Assembly: GCF_009914755.1 (NCBI RefSeq)
Contig: NC_060926.1
DNA from: the human T2T-CHM13v2.0 reference genome, Homo sapiens
Length of the DNA: 64,000 bases
Strand: one strand, 5' to 3'
In this document: in pieces, positions 15,750 to 28,827 of the stretch
How the letters are laid out: every line of letters begins with the position of its first letter
Position numbering within the stretch: the stretch's first letter is position 1
Notes under the pieces: generated by a model
Database searches by the model: none
The model's input: only the letters and a program-made list of their open reading frames with translations
Told to the model about the DNA's origin: nothing
Translations under genes and position numbers: made by a program

Positions 15750-15909
15750 GTATGTGAGACTCTGTGAAGTAGTCGACCACGTTTTCCCGTTGCTGAAAAG
15801 AAGCCATTCTTCAGACTTTCCCTGTTCGGATACCTTCAGTAACTTCACCTTTTGGAGAGAGCCACTGCCACCTTTTGAAAACCAGGACATTCATTCTGCC
15901 TCAGCGTAA
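15750..15909 (+). CDS. LPIN1: Lipin-1 terminal coding exon 20 (to stop TAA)
   Basis: Acceptor ccctttccttccAG (15748-15749). Encodes YVRLCEVVDHVFPLLKRSHSSDFPCSDTFSNFTFWREPLPPFENQDIHSASA*, with TAA at 15907-15909. WREPL matches the conserved Trp motif (yeast Pah1 WRDPL). Confidence 0.98.
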
Positions 15910-18525
15910 AATGTCCCAAGCAGCCTCTTGCCAGCAGTGCAGAGCCTGGTTGTCACCCATTAAAGGATAGGTCTCCCCGGAGTGCACAGCTCCACCTGGG
16001 AGCCTGGCGCGTCATCATTGGCCTGACAGCAGAGAGAATTGAGAAGCATTTCTCCCCTGCCCCACCCCGGGGCTGACATTTCTAAGCAAGATAGGAAGGG
16101 AGCACTTTCTAGGCTAGGAGTTGGGTGCATTTGTACCGTGAAAAGCATTCCTCAGTTGTGGCTTAATGCCAGTTACGACGCTGCCTTTCCGGCCTGCTCC
16201 AGCAAGTAGCTACTGGTTCACGTGCAGTTTGGGGCTGTGAAACCTAGGCAGAAGGCGGCTGTCTGAGGGCTGTCCCCGCCTAGGACAGGGTCAATCGAGG
16301 AATGCCAGATGTGCACGGTTTTTGGCAAAGTAGGGGGCACATTTCCATTATAGCAATGTTAGTGCCACCACCTTCTGAACACAGTGGGGAGGGCTGTGAA
16401 GGCTCATGTGACCTGGATCTGAGGTCTCTGATAGAAATCTGGACGCCACCGGGTCCAGGCCTGGCCTCAGACTTGGCCTTGTGGATGGGCCCCTTACAGT
16501 ATTTGCTGACTAGTCTCATTTTTAGGTGATAAGTTTTTCTTTAATTCCTTTGGTTAAAGATAGTCTATTTCATTGGCATATCTCCCCCCAGTTTTTGTGG
16601 CTCAAGGCTGGAATATTTATGCCTTAATATATCTATGGCAGACATTTAAGAATGCGCTTTATCTAGCTCATGGTAACTTTGCAACGCCTTAGATTAAAAT
16701 GACAGTAAATATTACTAAGGCAGTATTTTGAATGAGTTTGACACTGCCGGCTTCCTTCCATCCAGCGAGGTGGTGCTGACAGTGTGGACTTGAGCACACT
16801 TATGCCAAATGATAATGATACTGACTTCTGTTGGGAGCTCTCCAAAGAAACTGGTTGGTTTTAAGAAAATAGTTTCAAGAAGTTCAACTATATTCTTTTA
16901 GATATTATGTATTGTTTTACTCTGATTAGGTTACTGTGATAGGCATTTATTCATATTCTTTCTATACCACTGTCATTAATATATTAAAAAGATGTATGTG
17001 TTAGACTATCGAAAGGGCCTTATTCTCTCTTTCTCATAGACTGACCTTCTTTTGGAATTTCTGAGTCATTTATTTTCCTTAGCTTTTTCCACTCAAATTA
17101 AGGGCAAGCGAAAAAGTAATAATTTGGCATTCTTTAAGCCTACAGAATGTGATTCTTTCACTTGTTTATTACACTGGCTCGTGGACAGAACAATTTGAAA
17201 AGTGAAAGAATTATTTTGGTAAAAGATTTTGCTTTACTTTTCGAAGCATTATTTTTTTAAAGAGTGTTTTACTCCAACGATTGAAACATTTTCCTATTTA
17301 AATTTCATTGTTAGAATCACAGGAGGCAAAAAATGGAACGGTTGAATGAAATTTTACTCTTTCTGTGAAAGAAAATCCACAGAGTTGTTGCCTCCGTTGT
17401 AGTTGGTGGGCCCCGTTAGCATTGGATGCCTTTGCCAAATGGTTCATGTGGACACACAAAGGCAAACAGATCTGCCATCGATCGCAGATTTCTGTAGAAA
17501 CACGGATGTGCATGTGCAGATTCCCTTTTGCAGGTATTAAAAATAATTAAAAATAGTCCTGCCTGAGGTTGCAGTGAGCCGAGCTTGCACTACTGCACTC
17601 CAGCCTGGGTGACAGAGTAAGACTCCATGTCAAAAAAAAAAAAAAAAAAAAAAGTCCTGCCTTAACTAACTCCTCTGCGCTTGTTCACTAGTAACCTAAA
17701 GAGGCTATATTCATTCTTTATGCAATGAGGGTATTTTTGAGTGAATTTTAACTGCTCTGAACTAAGTATAAGCTCATGGGCCTGCAAAGGTTCAGACGGT
17801 TTCTCCTTTGCACCCAGGAGGAACTTTGGCTGCGAGAATGGGGGGATGTATCCCTCATGCAGTTGGCATCCAGGCAGCCCTCTGCAGCAGCACACCCTGC
17901 AGGCGGAGTTTTCAGAGGATGCAATTTTGGATCCCGAATTTTGATGTACCTTAAACTTCCACATCACTGCACCCTGAAACAGAGCATGCTTTCCAGAAAG
18001 TCACACTCTCAGATCTGTGTCAAGTTCAATGTGAGCCCTGGCAAGGCTGGCATATTAACACCTGCCTTCTGGCTTCTGAAAGTGAGATTTGTATATGGGC
18101 TGCACTCACGCATATACGAGTTGGTTTATCTTTGTGTACATGACTATAACCCAGTGATGCTGAGGTCATGTGCTGGAATGCTGTATTTGGACCACACATT
18201 TCAAAGTTGCCCTATGGAAATGAATCCTACTTAGTGACAAGTCATCAAATGTTTGTCACATGTGATGAAGACAAATATGTATACCTGGCATAGAGAAAAA
18301 TATATACCTGGTACATTGGAGAAAAATAATTACACTTTCAAAGAGAATTCCCTTTGCAATTTTATGTTTGGATCACCACTGTAAGCACACTTTATTTGCA
18401 TTTGATCTGTATTTGTATATGCTGATGCAATGATAAAAATCACTGTAATACTTCATTGTGTTGTACTGGATGCAAAGCTAGAAAATATTGCAATAAATGA
18501 GACCGATGAAAGACTTCTCTGAAAA
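15910..18525 (+). other. LPIN1: LPIN1 3' UTR (~2.6 kb)
   Basis: Nearly repeat-free sequence from the stop codon to AATAAA at 18492. The 3' end is estimated about 20-30 nt past the signal. Confidence 0.85.
17565..17653 (+). mobile_element. Severely 5'-truncated Alu in the LPIN1 3' UTR with TSD
   Basis: Only the last ~67 nt of Alu plus A22. TSD AGTCCTGCCT at 17555-17564 and 17653-17662. Confidence 0.93.
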
Positions 18526-18560
18526 TCAGGTGTGTGAATTTTAAATAGTTTTTGGTAAGT
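18492..18560 (+). terminator. LPIN1 polyadenylation signal and GU/U-rich downstream element
   Basis: AATAAA at 18492-18497, several upstream TGTA (CFIm-type) motifs at 18270-18470, downstream ggtgtgtgaattttaaatagtttttggt. A second AATAAA lies at 18644-18649. Confidence 0.85.
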
Positions 18561-19659
18561 TACTAAGTTGTTGACTTTTCTGGGGTGTGTTATCAAGCAT
18601 ATTCTAAAAAAAATCTTCAGGCTATGAATTGTTCACTATTTGGAATAAATGTTTTTCCTGATGTTTTAGATTTAAATGGGTAAAAGACCAGCCTTCTCTA
18701 TGCACTTGCTGGGGACGGGAGGGATGAAGAAAGAGAGGAGAAGGCTGCACCCGGGATCCCTCCCTGCCCTGGTGGGATGATTCAGGAGTAGGGAGGTTTC
18801 AATCAAGTGAATTTCATGAAGTGCCTCCCAGGGCCTGGCCTAGAATTGGTGTTTAGCACATGGGGGTTCCCCAGCCTCACAGCTGCTGTCCTCATTTTTT
18901 CGACTCTTCTCTGTGGTAAACCCCAGATTCATTTTTCATTTTGAATGAATCAAAATCCTTGACTAGTGCAATCATATAAGCTGAAAACTGTCATAATTCC
19001 TATTGATTTTACATGTCAACGTGGCTGGAAGCTTCCTATTGATTTACCTGCATCAGCCTAAGCGTTTTTGGAATAAATGGAAAAGTATTGGCCCCCTAAA
19101 TGCAACATAGCCGGCCAGGATACTAGGCCCAATTCCTAATGAAGCCCAAATCCAAACGGTTCATCTCTAGGTGCCTGTAGAATTAATGCTTTTGCATCTT
19201 AAAAAACAAAACCTTCTAATTTTGTTGAACACCATCACGGATTTGTTCCAACTCGGACTTCAGTGTGCGGGCTCTTTTATCTATAAAATAAAAATTTGTC
19301 TAGACTATTGTCTTTGGCCTGTGGATTCCCACGTGCTGGCGGAGCTCTGCAGGCAGCTCTCACGTGTGCGGGGTAAACGAGCTCGGGGGCTTGGATTTCC
19401 CCAGCGTCTCAGCTGTGATCACCTGAATGTTTAAAAGGCTTTACAGCTTGGTTCTCAAACACTGACACATCAGCTCTCTTGCATCGGAAGCCGAGGAAGG
19501 TTGACGATGGGGCCATTGACCATCAGCATTGGACCCCAGAGTGCTCTTTCCAGGAAGAGGGAATGCACGTGGCCCTACTACAGCCCTAGAACAGCGGAAC
19601 TGTCCTGGAGGAAAGTTAAGTCGGCCCCTTCTTAAAAAATTAAAAAGCTGGCTCCTAAA

Positions 19660-19963
<304 letters not shown>

Positions 19964-20070
19964 ACTGGCTCTTAGAATAGAAACTTGGTGTGGCCTAATC
20001 TACTGCTCCAGGAGAGGTTTGTCCATCTCCACTGACATTCGTCTGCCTCTGCTCTTTATTACTTAAAGAC

Positions 20071-20243
20071 TATTTTATTATTATTTTTGGGGGGAGACAG
20101 GGTCTTGCTCTGTTGCCCAGACTGGAGTGCAGTGGTGTGATCATAGCTCACTGTAACGTTGAACTCCTGGGCTCAGGTGATCCCCCGGCTCAGCCTTCAA
20201 GTAGCTGGGACCACAGGCACATGCCACCACACCTGGCTAATTT
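20071..20243 (-). mobile_element. AluJ right arm / FRAM-like monomer
   Basis: gagacagggtcttgctctgttgcccag...tcatagctcactg...ctcctgggctca. Confidence 0.9.
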
Positions 20244-20795
20244 CTGACCACTCCCCTTTGTATTTTATATTTTGTCTTCAGACCTAGTTAGGGGCAGCGC
20301 TGTGCCCCATCTCTGCCTTAAACTAAGAGAAAGTGGTGAAAATGCCAGTAGGTTTTCTGCCTTTCTGCTTCCAACTCCCTTTTGAAACTCCTGCTGCATC
20401 AAAGGTGGTGATCAGTGTCACTTCTGTTGCAAGCCAGGCAGGGAGCTTGGTACCTGAGGGAAACCAAAACATGAGCAGACAGAAGCTGACCTGACCCTGG
20501 AAGTCAACGGGCCCAAATGGCCACCGGGGGGCACAGTCGCTTTTGGTTTGGCAGCACAGCCTTTAAAAAAAAAAAAAAAAGTCCCCACTTTGACAAAGGC
20601 CCCTTCCCGGGTAGTGCTGGCCTTGGAGACCAGCCAGGCTGTGGATCCAACTTGTGGGCAGAGGGGGGAGTTCCTCAAGGGGACTGTTTTGGTACCAACG
20701 TGCCTGCAAGTTGGCACAGCCCAAGGTCAACAACACTAACTGGCTGGAAAGGGCGCTGTCTGGCTGTTTGTTCAGGTCTAAAAACCATTTAGATC

Positions 20796-20967
20796 TGCGA
20801 TTCTCAAAGTGTAGTCTGCAGTTCCAGCACTAGGGAACTTGTTAGAAATGCAAATGCTCAGGCCCTTACCCTAGACCTGCTGAATCTCACCGTGGGCGTG
20901 GGGCCGGGTTATCTGTTTTAAGAAGTCCTTCAGGGGATTCTGCCTCACGTACAAGTTGGAGAAGCAG
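20796..20967. mobile_element. MER5A
   Basis: ttctcaaagtgtagtc...gggaacttgttagaaatgcaaat...aagttggagaagc. Confidence 0.8.
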
Positions 20968-22269
20968 GGTTTAGATGATGCAGTGGAGGCCCTGCATGCT
21001 GCTCCCAGGTAGCCTCTTCTGTATTGCTCAGCTCACATCTGACTTTAATTTGGCCTGGCCAGAGCAACGCTCACCGCCCAGAGCTCACAAAGATCTGCCA
21101 CAGGAGAGAAGCCGCTGGAAAGATTGTCTTCCCCCGGCCACTCCTGAAAAGGAGCTTGGAAACCCAGTACAGGCGCTCGCTTGAGTCACAAGGTGTCGTT
21201 GTGATCCTTTGCTACACGGCTTCCAGCCTGAGACACCTTCCCAGGGATGTGGGCCGGCCCAGGCTGGGAGGGGATTCCAGGCCGTGCAGTGTGAGTGAGT
21301 GAGTGTGTGTGAGTGTATGTGTGTGTATGGCGGAGTTTGGAGGGGGTGTCCATGTGAAGGAGCAGGCCTGGGCTGTGCCCAGATTGCTAATGGCTCCCTT
21401 CCTCCCCCAAATTGTTGGAGCCTGGAGGTGCCTGTCCTGATGCCAGCGATCTTTTCACTGGTGCAGGAAGTCCATTCAGCCCTGCATTGCTTTTAATGAG
21501 TTTTGCAAGCAAGTGGCCTCTTCCTGTGACTCATTCTGCCTTTTGTGCACCGGAGATTGTGGTTTTAAGTTTCACTTTGGAAAGTAACCACCACTTCTGC
21601 TGCTTTCTCCCTGTTGGAATCTGAACAAGTTACATTCATTTTGCAACAAAGAAATGTAAATGTAGGAGCCGCCAGTCATATTTCTGCTCTGATTGTAAAA
21701 ACATCCTTTTCCGAGATGGTTGACAGAGCCAAGCTAAGAAGAAATGGTTTATATTTTCAAGTAACACATTCATTTGGGAACTCCGTATTTCCCGCTCCCC
21801 CCACCCACCAAGTTTGCTTTTGTTCTTTGTCTTATTGATTCGTATTTCAGGGAGATCCTAAAAAATAAACAGTGCTTGTTGGTTGAGTGAGGCGGTTAAC
21901 CTCTAATTTATTGAAAGAGACTTCATTCTGGACAAAAGTTTGTGTTCTTCCTTCATGCAGTACACAGAGGATGACCATAAGGATAATTTCTTGTACAGTA
22001 AAATGTTTTTCCTTCGGACCTTCCACACAAATCCGCTTATGGTATCCGAATAGATGAATTTCTTAGGATTAGCGAGTATATGTTAAGTGGACAAATATTA
22101 TACAATATTTTTCCTCAAATTTAAATAATGTAGGCATATTTAAAATGTTAGTGTTGAACTAAATTTTTTATATAACTTTATTTAAATATGTACAAACATT
22201 GAACAGTAGCTCTTACAGCATTATAAAACCAAAATTCATTTAAGTACAGATAAAACTATAGTGCTAATC

Positions 22270-22676
<407 letters not shown>

Positions 22677-24083
22677 TTAGTTTCATTTGTCAACTTGATT
22701 CTTCTGACTTGAGCATAATGGACCACCATTAAAATCATCATTATAACGCTGACTTCTGCAAAACGCGGTAGTGAAAAAGTTCTTATTCCATATTGACATC
22801 TACATTGACTGCCAGTGAACTGTTGCAAACTTTTACACCAAGGATGGGATCTCCTTGATCCATTGCCTCACAGGACAAATGTGGCACTGACTTGGATTTG
22901 GGGACTTTAAAGTTCAGCCAGAATTCATTGTCCTGATTTTCTCTTTTTGAAGTGCTGTAAAGCCTTGGTTTGGAGGTTACATGATCATTTCGCTTACTCA
23001 AATCCTTGGCACACTTACGGATGTACAGGGAGCGGTCCTGCACTCCGATCCATCCTTGGGCAAAGGCTCAGCGGTCTCATGGGAGAGTAGAGCTGCTCCT
23101 TCCATGGGGAGGAGAGAGGAGCAGGTGAAGAGACCTGCAGGAAGCCACTTCCAGACCTGCATGTGCTCTGCCGCCCTCTAAATCACATGGAGAGGCTGGG
23201 TGTCTAAAGTAATGGGTGGGTAATCCTATTTTTAGAGAGCCAAAGCAATTTTACAACTTTTCATAATGGTTTTGCTTGCTTTGGGAGCAAGCTGGTGGAT
23301 GGGCAGGTGATAACGTTTGCATGGATTTTTGGGGGTCCTGGGATGGGAGGCAGCTTTCTTTGGGGATCAGGGACACTGGTCTGGGTACCTCTCATTCCCA
23401 CAGGCACCTCCTGTTGCAGGAACGGGGTCAGGGTGCAAGGTAGCTAAGCAGTCTCAAAAGCCTGAGGTCTGACCAGATTTGTGAAGTGCCTGGAGAAAAG
23501 ATGGGGGAAGGGATATTAGCATGACACCTCCAGATGAGTGGGATGGGGGCAAGGGTGGCCTTATGCACCCACCTCTCCACCCCTGAGACACCAGGCTGAT
23601 CAGAAAGCACCACCCCTTGGGGATTCCGGAGATGCCCTTGACATCCACGGGAGGAGGAAGACTTTGACCTTGACTTGACTTTGGCTCAGAGGAGGCCTGG
23701 CTTTTTCTTTCCACAGCAGCAGCAGCGCCTGGCAGTCTGCATCATTTCGCCACAGTGTGAAACCATTGGCTGATGTATAAAGGTGAATTTCAGACCCAGG
23801 GGGTAGTCTAGGGTGTCCATGTACAACGTATGAAAATGTGAGCTTTAAAAAGGGCAAACATTAAAATTGAGGATGTCCTGTGTGTGCCTGGTAGTAGGTA
23901 GTATCTCACTATGCTTGTGGATAACACATGGTTTTTTGAGGGCACTCATAACTGGTTGATGTGCTTGTTCTTATGTTCCTTGAAGCAAATCCTCTAGGGA
24001 CTTCTCTCAACTGGCACAACAGTAGATGGCCTTTACAGTAACGCACCTTCGAACATCTCATCTGGCTGACAGCTTGCACATTC

Positions 24084-24395
<312 letters not shown>

Positions 24396-27300
24396 CAGCT
24401 TGCACATACTTTAGCTCATTGGTCACCCTCCTCTCCCCAGTGGAAGCCCCAGGAACCTCTCAAGGCCCAGCTTCAGCCTCACCTTCCCTGTGGTCTTCTT
24501 CAAGCAGACCCATACCAAGCTCTCTGTGCTTTGGAAACTGCCAGGTAAGACATAACTGTTTATTATCATTTCTATTTCCAAATCACTGTTTACAGTCATT
24601 AACTTCATTTTATTGAGGGGAAAATTGAAATTCAGAGACTTTTGTCTAAGGTCCTCCAACTAGTAAAAGGCAGGACTAGGATTAAAGTCTCCAAATCCAG
24701 AATGATCAGAGAGTCATCAGGCTCTGTTTCACTGTTTCCAGTGAGGTGAAGTGGGGAGGCATCGGAGCGACAGCCACGTTGTATGCCTGCTGCACGAGCC
24801 AGACCGCAGGACAATACTCAATGAGAGGCACCAACATCCATCCTGGCTGAGCTGATGATGGTGAGAGGCCACAGAGCCATGAAAATGACTTGGAGCAGCC
24901 TCCATGTATTCCTCAGGGTTGAATCATTGTGTGCACCACAGAGCATTTGCTTTGTAAAAAAGCTAACACTGTGAAAAATGGGGTAGGCACTTCCTGTTTT
25001 GACCAGGAACAAATGCAAACCAGACCCTGCTCCTCTCACCAGGCAGAGCTTGCTCTTTCAATTCAGAGATATCTTCAAGGACCCAATTATGCTGTGGTGC
25101 GGAATGGAGCATGTATGTAACTGAGGTTCCTGCCAAAGACATCATCTCCTGGCTGAATGGCAAGACTGGCCAGGACACCAGGAAACTGAGACTGATTGGA
25201 CACACAAGAATGTGAGCTGGTGAGACAGTGGGACACAGGACTAAGCAAATTATGTTTCTCTTCTGCCTTCTGTTCTTTGTCACTAATGTAACAATAGAGT
25301 AATAATACAAAGGAGTGACACGTTCAGTTGCTGAATTCCTGATGTATTATATCCTGGTGGAAATGTTCACTGGGGTGGGGCTTCCTGTATATGTGGGGGG
25401 CAGAGACAGGGAGTTTGGAGACCCTGAACTTCAGGAGATCTGGGAGAGATGGCTGCTTGTCCTCTGAAGAGTTCTGCTTTCCTTGCATATTGTAGAGTAG
25501 TGGCTGAAAAGCAGCTGCCTAGCAGGGGCTGTATTTTCCAGCCCCCGCCCCCATATTAGGTGGGGTCATGTCACTCCATCTTGCCAATGGGAACACGAGC
25601 AGCAGCGACCTGAATCACTTCTGGGCCAAGGTAGTTAAAAAGCAGGTGTTCCTTTGTCACCTTCTCTGTCTCTGTCCATCAACTAGAAGCAAAGATCTCT
25701 AAGGAAGGAAACTGGGTCCCTGAGTCACTCTGTGGAAGGTAGCCTGCCAAGTACTAAAATGGACTTTGTGTGAGTGAGAAGTAAACTTCCAGCATGGTGA
25801 AGACTCCAGAATGTCTTTCAGATACTTTTTGCATGCTAAGACAGTTTGGGTACTTAAGATTAGTGACTAAAGCAGTGAACAAAACAATGAAATCCCTGTC
25901 CTCACGGTGCTTGCACTCTGCATGACGGACATAGAAACCAATAACATGTCGAGTGGTAATAAGGTCTGCAAATAAAAAAGGAGCAGGGGAGAGAGGAAAG
26001 TGGAGTGATGGAAAGGCACCATTTCCCAGAGAACGAAGCAAGGAGTCCACCCCTCTACTGCAGTGACATTAGAGCTGGGGGCACGGGGTGAGGAGATGAG
26101 GGGCTGGCATGGCTAGAGCTTAGGTGGTGGAGGTAGCAGGAGCCCAGTTGTGAAGGGCCTTGCAGACCACTGTAAGGGGAAAACTGAGAGGAGCTGAACT
26201 TGGGGAGAAAACCAAGTTTTCTTTGGACGTGTAGGTTTGAAAGAATGATTAGACATCCAAGAAGACAAGTCAAGTGGGCAATGGATATGCCACTCTAATT
26301 TTCACGGGAGAACTCAGGACTGACAGTGGGCATTTGGGCATGATTAGTACACAGATGGTGACGAAAGCCACAGGGCAGGATGAGCCCAGGGAGAGACTGA
26401 AGGGAGTAGAGAAAATCCAAGGTCCAAGGACTGTCCAGGTGTCCCTCCTGAGAGGAGACCTTCCCTACCCTGAAAACACCCATCACTTTTACCCCCAGGT
26501 AGACTAGACCCTCCCTGTGTGGCACCCTCACAGGACACTGACATTCTATCACTGCACCTGCCCCGCTTCTGTGCATGATTTCTTCAATGTCTGTCTCCAA
26601 CCAGACATAAGCTCCTAGATCCCCTAATGCTTGGCATTGCGTCATCCACATAGTAGGCACTGCAATGACATTTTCTTTCTTCCAATGCTTTATTGTCGAG
26701 TATAATTCTGAAGTACAAAACACCACTCAGACAGACATAATAGCGACTGTTGTATCAATGCCCATTCCAGGCACTCTTCAAATTGGCCACCAGATGGAAT
26801 AAAAGGGATTGTCCTTGAAGAATCTGACTAGTGAGAAAACATTATAGAGTGGAGAAGAGAGCAGGCAAGAGCTGTGTCTGTTGTCCCTGCTGGTCAATTT
26901 CTCTTTCCCCTTTTCCACCTCTTTCCCCCCGCCTCTCTTTTTGCCCTTCCTTTCTTTCTTTCTCCCTTTATTTTGTTGGCTTTTTATAGTTTTCAGTCTA
27001 CTGTTTTTTTTTGAAACCAAAATAACATATTCACATAGTTTTAAAAGTTGAAGATTTTTACCAGAAGACACACAAAATCCACATGGCTGGTCCTACTTGC
27101 CCCCCTCCCCCACACCCCTCCTGATTCTCATTTTCAACCCTTGCCCCTGTTTATTCTGGAATTTACTTTGATATTTTTAAGTAAAATGAACATACTACAA
27201 TATTTCGATTAATGAAATTTAGGCATTCCTTATTGACTTACGATGCCAGATGAAGTTTTTGTCTTTCATATGTGCTTTTTCCCATCCCTAAGCCTTATAG

Positions 27301-27865
27301 TATAAAAATATCATGTTTTTTTTTATTTCTATAACTTTTGGCCTTCCCTGGAGTTAATATGCTCCATTTTTTATGGCTCATTATTTTTTCAAATTATTAC
27401 TAACTCCTTCCTCAGCCCCCAAAAAATGTTATGGGAAAAAAATCTCTGTAATATTTTCCACATTGTTAAATACATGTCTCCTTTTTTCCTCCTGGAAACC
27501 CTCCCACTAAAGTGCTCTCCCCGCACATTCCAGTCTAACAGGGCTGCTCTGACCCCCAACAAGCCATCAATCTGGAGTCTTCTCTGCTTTTCTCCTTAAT
27601 TGGAGGCCCTGTCTCCAAGATCCCAAATGGATTGTTCCTAATTTTTTTTTGTGGTATCCATCTCTAATTTTGTGAGTCTACCCTTCAGTCTACCCTTCTG
27701 AAGACATTAGTTATAGTGTCTGTGAAATTTTCTTCTGTTTCCTGAATTATCTCAATAGTAACTCCTCAAATTTTGCTCGTTTGCTTTGGTTTCTATGGGC
27801 GACTTCCCTCAAGTGTCTGGTAATACTTTATATCTGTTTATATGTAAGAGAGATGCACTAAAACG

Positions 27866-28032
27866 TTGTGGGGTTGGGAGGTGCCTGTGCAGGATGGCAG
27901 GTGTCTGCGTCTATCTGTGGGTAGGTGTGGGTATATGAGTGTGGGTCTGTGTCTGTGGGGTGTATATGGGTGTGTGTGTGGGTGTCTGTGTTGTGAACAT
28001 GGGGGGTGTGGGTGTCTCTTTGTGGGGTGTGC
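27866..28032. repeat. GT-rich low-complexity tract adjacent to MIR4262
   Basis: Degenerate (gtgtgg/gtct)n. Confidence 0.8.
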
Positions 28033-28049
28033 AGGTCCTGTCAGCCATG

Positions 28050-28103
28050 GGCTCTGCTGCAGGTAGTCTGAATGTCCCCCCAACATCAGCACCTGCAGCT
28101 TTC
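28050..28103 (-). ncRNA. MIR4262: pre-miR-4262 hairpin (mature GACAUUCAGACUACCUG at 28076-28060)
   Basis: Reverse complement GAAAGCTGCAGGTGCTGATGTTGGGGGGACATTCAGACTACCTGCAGCAGAGCC folds via GCTGCAGGT/ACCTGCAGC. It matches my recollection of the annotated miR-4262 downstream of LPIN1. Confidence 0.9.
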
Positions 28104-28495
28104 CTCTCTGGGGTGGTTTGGTATCTGCAGAGAGGCTGCCTGGCTTCATGGCGGGAGGTGGAGCTTGTGGTGAACGGCCTGTCACATGCCACAGTTGGAC
28201 CAGGGAAGCAGCCGAGGAGCCCTACTGCTCACTGTGCAAGTGCCTCCAATGCCCACTTTTAGTCTAGCACCTTGTCCTGCCTCTTTTCCCCAACTCCAGG
28301 ACAATGCACCTGTCATTAGCCACTCCAATGCCTATATCTCAAATTCCCACTGTCTACAGAATCATTCCCATCATCATACAGATCTGCTGTGATGTGTCCC
28401 ATCAGCGTAAAACCAGCCCCAACTCATATTCCTCTCCATGACCACTCATTTCTCTGCTTCCCTTTATGGCCAAATTCTTGGAAGAGATGACTATA

Positions 28496-28827
28496 TAGTC
28501 TGCCCTTCCAATCCATGGGTTTGATATCTGTGGATTCAACCAAGCATGGGTCAAAGATATTTGGGAAAAAATCTGTCTTTACTGAACACATCCAGACTTT
28601 TTTTCTTATCATGATTTCCTAACCCATAGAGTATAGCAACTATTAACATGGCATTTACATTGTATTAGGCATTATAAGCAATCTAGGGATTATTTAAAGT
28701 ACACAGAAGATGTGCATAGGTTGCATAAAGATACTATGCCATTTTATATCAGGGGCTTGACATCCATGAATTTTGAGATCCACAAGGGTCCCGAAACCAA
28801 TCCACCATGGACACCAGAAGCTGACTG
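28496..28827. mobile_element. MER2 (Tigger) DNA transposon
   Basis: tctgtggattcaaccaa...ggcatttacattgtattagg...tactatgccattttatatcagggg... Confidence 0.85.

Noticed and set aside
17776-18234. 152-aa ORF in the LPIN1 3' UTR
   Set aside because: No recognisable homology; its length is compatible with chance, and there is no evidence of translation from sequence alone.
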